Source of the DNA: Escherichia phage vB_Eco_NR1
Reading direction: 5' to 3' (one strand)
Length of the DNA stretch: 64,000 nucleotides
Sequence record: LR990704
Part shown: in pieces, positions 60,864 to 64,000 of the stretch
Layout: each line of letters starts with the position of its first letter
Numbering within the stretch: the stretch's first letter is position 1
Translations under genes and position numbers: made by a program
Notes under the pieces: generated by a model
Databases searched by the model: none
Seen by the model: only the letters and a program-made list of their open reading frames with translations
Told to the model about the DNA's origin: nothing

Positions 60864-63560
60864 TCAGCCAAACAGGAAGTCTAACGAAGCTTTTTCTTCA
60901 TAGTCCATACCAGCCGATTCACACATGCCTGCAAGCGGTTTAACAAACGATTTTTGGAACAAAGTTGAGTAGTCAATCCAAGACAGTACGTCAGAACGAA
61001 TTTCTTTTGGAAGTTCTGTACCCGACGGCCAAGCAATGCATTTGTCACCAAATGGATTTCCTTCACGCAATGGAAGAACCATTACTTTATTTCCATCCAA
61101 AATTGGAGCTACACCTAAACCGCTAACAGCTCGACGATAAGTTAGCACACCACGAATATGGAACGGACATTTAAATCCTGGCCAACCTTTATCATCATAT
61201 TTCGCTATATCGTTCGCAGTTTTTACTTCAGCAATAACTTTATAGTCAAGTTGACGATATTCTTTCTCGAAGTTCTTGTAATATTCTTGGACAGACTCTT
61301 CACCTTCCTGAAGAATACGACGAATACTTTCTTCGAGAGCTTCTTGCACTGCCTTTGGTGTTGAACTCTGCTGAGTTTCCATACCCATGATTTTTAGATG
61401 CGGTTCAGCAAATCGCTTATCTTCCATATCATAAACGTTCAGAGCATAACGCTTTTTCGCTTTCCAAAATCCACCAACGCCCTTTGAACCAAGCGGAGGG
61501 CAAGAAATAGCTTCACGGTCCATATGCATCAGATGCTCGCGGTTATTCATATAATCACATAACTCACGATATGCAACATCAATCATAGGTTCCATCTTTT
61601 TCTTACCGAACTGATTCATGAATTCAACTAAATCGTTCTGCTCTTTGAATCGGTCAAGACCAACTTTTTCAATAACTTTATCTACACAAACATATACCGA
61701 ATCAGTATCACCTGCTGCAATGAAATCTTCACCATTAGTTCCGCATACTTTATTCAGATATTCATTAATTTTACGAGCAATCCACTGAATACCAACTTGG
61801 CCGAAAATTGTGATAGCAGTAGCATTTCGCAAATCATAGTAACGGAAATGAATATTACCAAGAGCACCATAAAGACTGTTAATAAGAATTTTACGGTTCA
61901 GCTGATTTGTGTTAGCAAGTGTAGCCGCTTTTTCGCATTCCTCAATCAGACTATTGAGAACAGATTCAGTATAATTCGATAGTTCATTTAAGAAATCATC
62001 ACTGAACTTAACATATCGTTCAACTTCTGGTTTAGTTGAACAGGACCCTGCGCCTTTCATAATAATCTTTTTAATAGCTTCGGCATTCATTTCTTCAGCG
62101 AACATTTTCTTTTTCCAATCTTTACGCTGGAAAAATACTTTAGCGATTTCCTTTGGAATGATACCTTCTTGATGCTTATCATACATCCATCCATTCGGAG
62201 AACAAGAATATTCATCACTCGGTTTAGGAGCTGTTCCTGCGATATATTCATGAATTGGATGAACTTTAAACTGCCCACGAATAGTCTCAGGACTAATGTT
62301 AACCTGACGAATAATGCTCGGATACAGAGACGTCAAGTCAAAACTCATAATATATCGACGAGCAATTGGTTTAGGTTCAAATACAAATGCACCCGGAAAA
62401 CTTTGTTTAACGTGCGAACCTTGTTGAGGAATAACCCTGTGTTCACCTTTCAATGAGTTAAAAATAATAGCATCCCAAGTTTTAATAGGACTCATTACAC
62501 CAGAAAAAGGCATTTTAGCGTAATAAGACATACTTAAAACTAGATCGATAAACCCGCGAATTTTATCAATTGCTTGAACTGATTCTACGTCAATGATGTT
62601 ATAACTAATGTATCGTTGATGATTAGTCTCACGAAGTTTATTAATAGGACCGTCGTATGGTAATTTACCTTTTTTGGTTTCATGTTGAGCAACTGATTCC
62701 AAAGAGAATGACGGCAAATTAGTAAAAGCGAATTTCTTGTACAAATCTAAATAATCAAGAATAGATACGCCATCAATAGAATAAATTTCTTTGCTACCGT
62801 ACATATTTTGAATTAGTTTAGATTTTACTCGACCGATTGGAGAGAAGCGTTTCATACTGCGTTCACCTAGAATCATTTTAACACGATTCATGATATACGG
62901 AACGTCAAACCCCTCAATATTCCAACCAGTAAAAATAGCAGGTCGTTTCTGTTCCCAGAGATTAATATATTCCATGAGCATATCACGCTCATTATCGAAT
63001 GGCATATAAATTACTCGGTCAAGAATTTCTTGAGGAACTTCATCACCACCTTCACAGTCAAGCTTAGCAGCTAACTTTGCATCCCATTTTGATACTGAAC
63101 CGTACATTGAATTCAAAAGGTCGAAAACATAAAAACGGTCATCAATTGAATCGTAATGAGTGATAGCATCAATTTCATATTCAGCTTTCATTGGGTCAGG
63201 AAATTTATCACCAGTAACCTCAATGTCACAGTTAGCTACACGAACAAATTTTCGGTCATAAACAATTTCTGAACCATACGTATCACTGATATAAGCGAGT
63301 TTAAAATCGTTCATACCGAGAGCTTCGAGACCGATGTCTTCCATTCGCTTCATCCAATCTCGAGCATCTTTCATTGATGGAAATTTTTGAGGAGCGCAAT
63401 TTTTACCATAAATGTCTTTGTATTTTGACTCTTCCTTACAATGCCTAAACATAGTCGGAAGATATTCTACTTCACGAGTACGTTCCTTTCCGTTTTCATC
63501 AATATAACGTTCAACAATGTTATTTCCGACTGTTTCAATAGAGATATAAAATTCTTTCAT
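60864..63560 (-). CDS. 43: DNA polymerase gp43 (family B)
   Basis: 898 aa as in T4 gp43; exo and pol motifs (ITGWNIEGFDVPY, YGDTDS). Confidence 0.97.
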   Translation of the reverse strand: MKEFYISIETVGNNIVERYIDENGKERTREVEYLPTMFRHCKEESKYKDIYGKNCAPQKFPSMKDARDWMKRMEDIGLEALGMNDFKLAYISDTYGSEIVYDRKFVRVANCDIEVTGDKFPDPMKAEYEIDAITHYDSIDDRFYVFDLLNSMYGSVSKWDAKLAAKLDCEGGDEVPQEILDRVIYMPFDNERDMLMEYINLWEQKRPAIFTGWNIEGFDVPYIMNRVKMILGERSMKRFSPIGRVKSKLIQNMYGSKEIYSIDGVSILDYLDLYKKFAFTNLPSFSLESVAQHETKKGKLPYDGPINKLRETNHQRYISYNIIDVESVQAIDKIRGFIDLVLSMSYYAKMPFSGVMSPIKTWDAIIFNSLKGEHRVIPQQGSHVKQSFPGAFVFEPKPIARRYIMSFDLTSLYPSIIRQVNISPETIRGQFKVHPIHEYIAGTAPKPSDEYSCSPNGWMYDKHQEGIIPKEIAKVFFQRKDWKKKMFAEEMNAEAIKKIIMKGAGSCSTKPEVERYVKFSDDFLNELSNYTESVLNSLIEECEKAATLANTNQLNRKILINSLYGALGNIHFRYYDLRNATAITIFGQVGIQWIARKINEYLNKVCGTNGEDFIAAGDTDSVYVCVDKVIEKVGLDRFKEQNDLVEFMNQFGKKKMEPMIDVAYRELCDYMNNREHLMHMDREAISCPPLGSKGVGGFWKAKKRYALNVYDMEDKRFAEPHLKIMGMETQQSSTPKAVQEALEESIRRILQEGEESVQEYYKNFEKEYRQLDYKVIAEVKTANDIAKYDDKGWPGFKCPFHIRGVLTYRRAVSGLGVAPILDGNKVMVLPLREGNPFGDKCIAWPSGTELPKEIRSDVLSWIDYSTLFQKSFVKPLAGMCESAGMDYEEKASLDFLFG

Positions 63561-63596
63561 AGATATTCCTTAGTTTATAGCCCGAGTTATTAGGCT
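63561..63596 (-). promoter_or_regulatory. gene 43 translational operator hairpin (gp43 autoregulation)
   Basis: minus strand AGCCU-AAUAACUC-GGGCU (5-bp stem, 8-nt loop) immediately 5-prime of SD AAGGA and ATG, as in T4. Confidence 0.7.
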
Positions 63597-63638
63597 CTTG
63601 ATATATTATACTCCAATTAAGGGGCCGAAGCCCCTTGC

Positions 63639-64000
63639 TTAATTACCAATCGTATATTTAGGAACGAGTTTCCATTCATGTTTTTGTTTAAAAGAAATAA
63701 CTCGGAAGTTATTAGTTAAATCTTTCATAAAAGTTCTTTGACCAGGAACGATTTCAATCAGTCCCCAATCTTCTAATAGCCATGCAATCGAATCACGACG
63801 AACTTCATCTTCTTCTGTCATTTCAACTTGGCGACCATCCATACGAAGCATTTCTTTAAAATGAACGATATAGTATAGTCCTTTTTTCTGAAGAATATGA
63901 CAGGACTGATACAGAACTTTATCTTTATTATTAGCAATTCCCATACGAGTCAAAGTTTCTTTTACTTTCAGAAAATCTTCAGGTTTTTTAAGAGTAATTT
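63639..64000 (-). CDS. regA: translational repressor RegA, partial (N-terminal about 2 codons lie beyond window end)
   Basis: frame stays open to window end and translates to ...ITLKKPEDFLKVKETLTRMGIANNK... matching recalled T4 RegA (122 aa). Confidence 0.85.
   Translation of the reverse strand, partial: ITLKKPEDFLKVKETLTRMGIANNKDKVLYQSCHILQKKGLYYIVHFKEMLRMDGRQVEMTEEDEVRRDSIAWLLEDWGLIEIVPGQRTFMKDLTNNFRVISFKQKHEWKLVPKYTIGN

Overview
This window is a T-even (T4-like, Tequatrovirus) myovirus genome segment, almost fully co-linear with phage T4 from pseT through regA. Coordinates 1-16300 and 27411-64000 carry early/middle genes on the minus strand: pseT, alc, rnlA, denA, nrdB, nrdA, td, frd, 32, 59, 33, dsbA, rnh, then asiA, arn, motA, 52, ndd, denB, rIIB, rIIA, 39, motB, dexA, dda, modA, modB, soc, 56, 61, sp, dmd, 41, uvsX, 42, imm, 43 and the start of regA. 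Coordinates 16378-27410 carry the late long-tail-fibre operon 34-35-36-37-38 plus holin t on the plus strand. Gene calls rest on reading the supplied ORF translations against T4 proteins recalled from memory (lengths and N-terminal sequences match closely); no search was run, so every identity should be confirmed by BLASTP/HMM. The phage is T2-type rather than T4-type: gene 39 is unsplit (no gene 60 bypass), td and nrdB are intron-free, no seg/mob homing endonuclease genes are seen, gp38 is a glycine-rich-motif adhesin, and a GT-A glucosyltransferase sits where T4 has beta-gt. Regulatory signals are dense and T4-like: at least 13 minus-strand early promoters (GTTTAC -35, TGGTA(c/t)TAT -10), MotA-box middle promoters, TATAAATA late promoters, CUUCGG-type hairpin terminators, and the gene 32 and gene 43 translational operators. 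The most interesting departures from the T4 layout, all inferences from memory of the T4 map, are: a divergent Dam-family DNA methyltransferase inserted between nrdB and nrdA while the canonical 56-61 dam locus is empty; extra ORFs after td (one ATGA-coupled, one DUF4326-like) and between frd and td; two signal-peptide proteins between imm and gene 43; and tandem paralogous ORFs between 61 and sp bounded by a 44-bp direct repeat. No tRNA, rRNA or CRISPR features were found.
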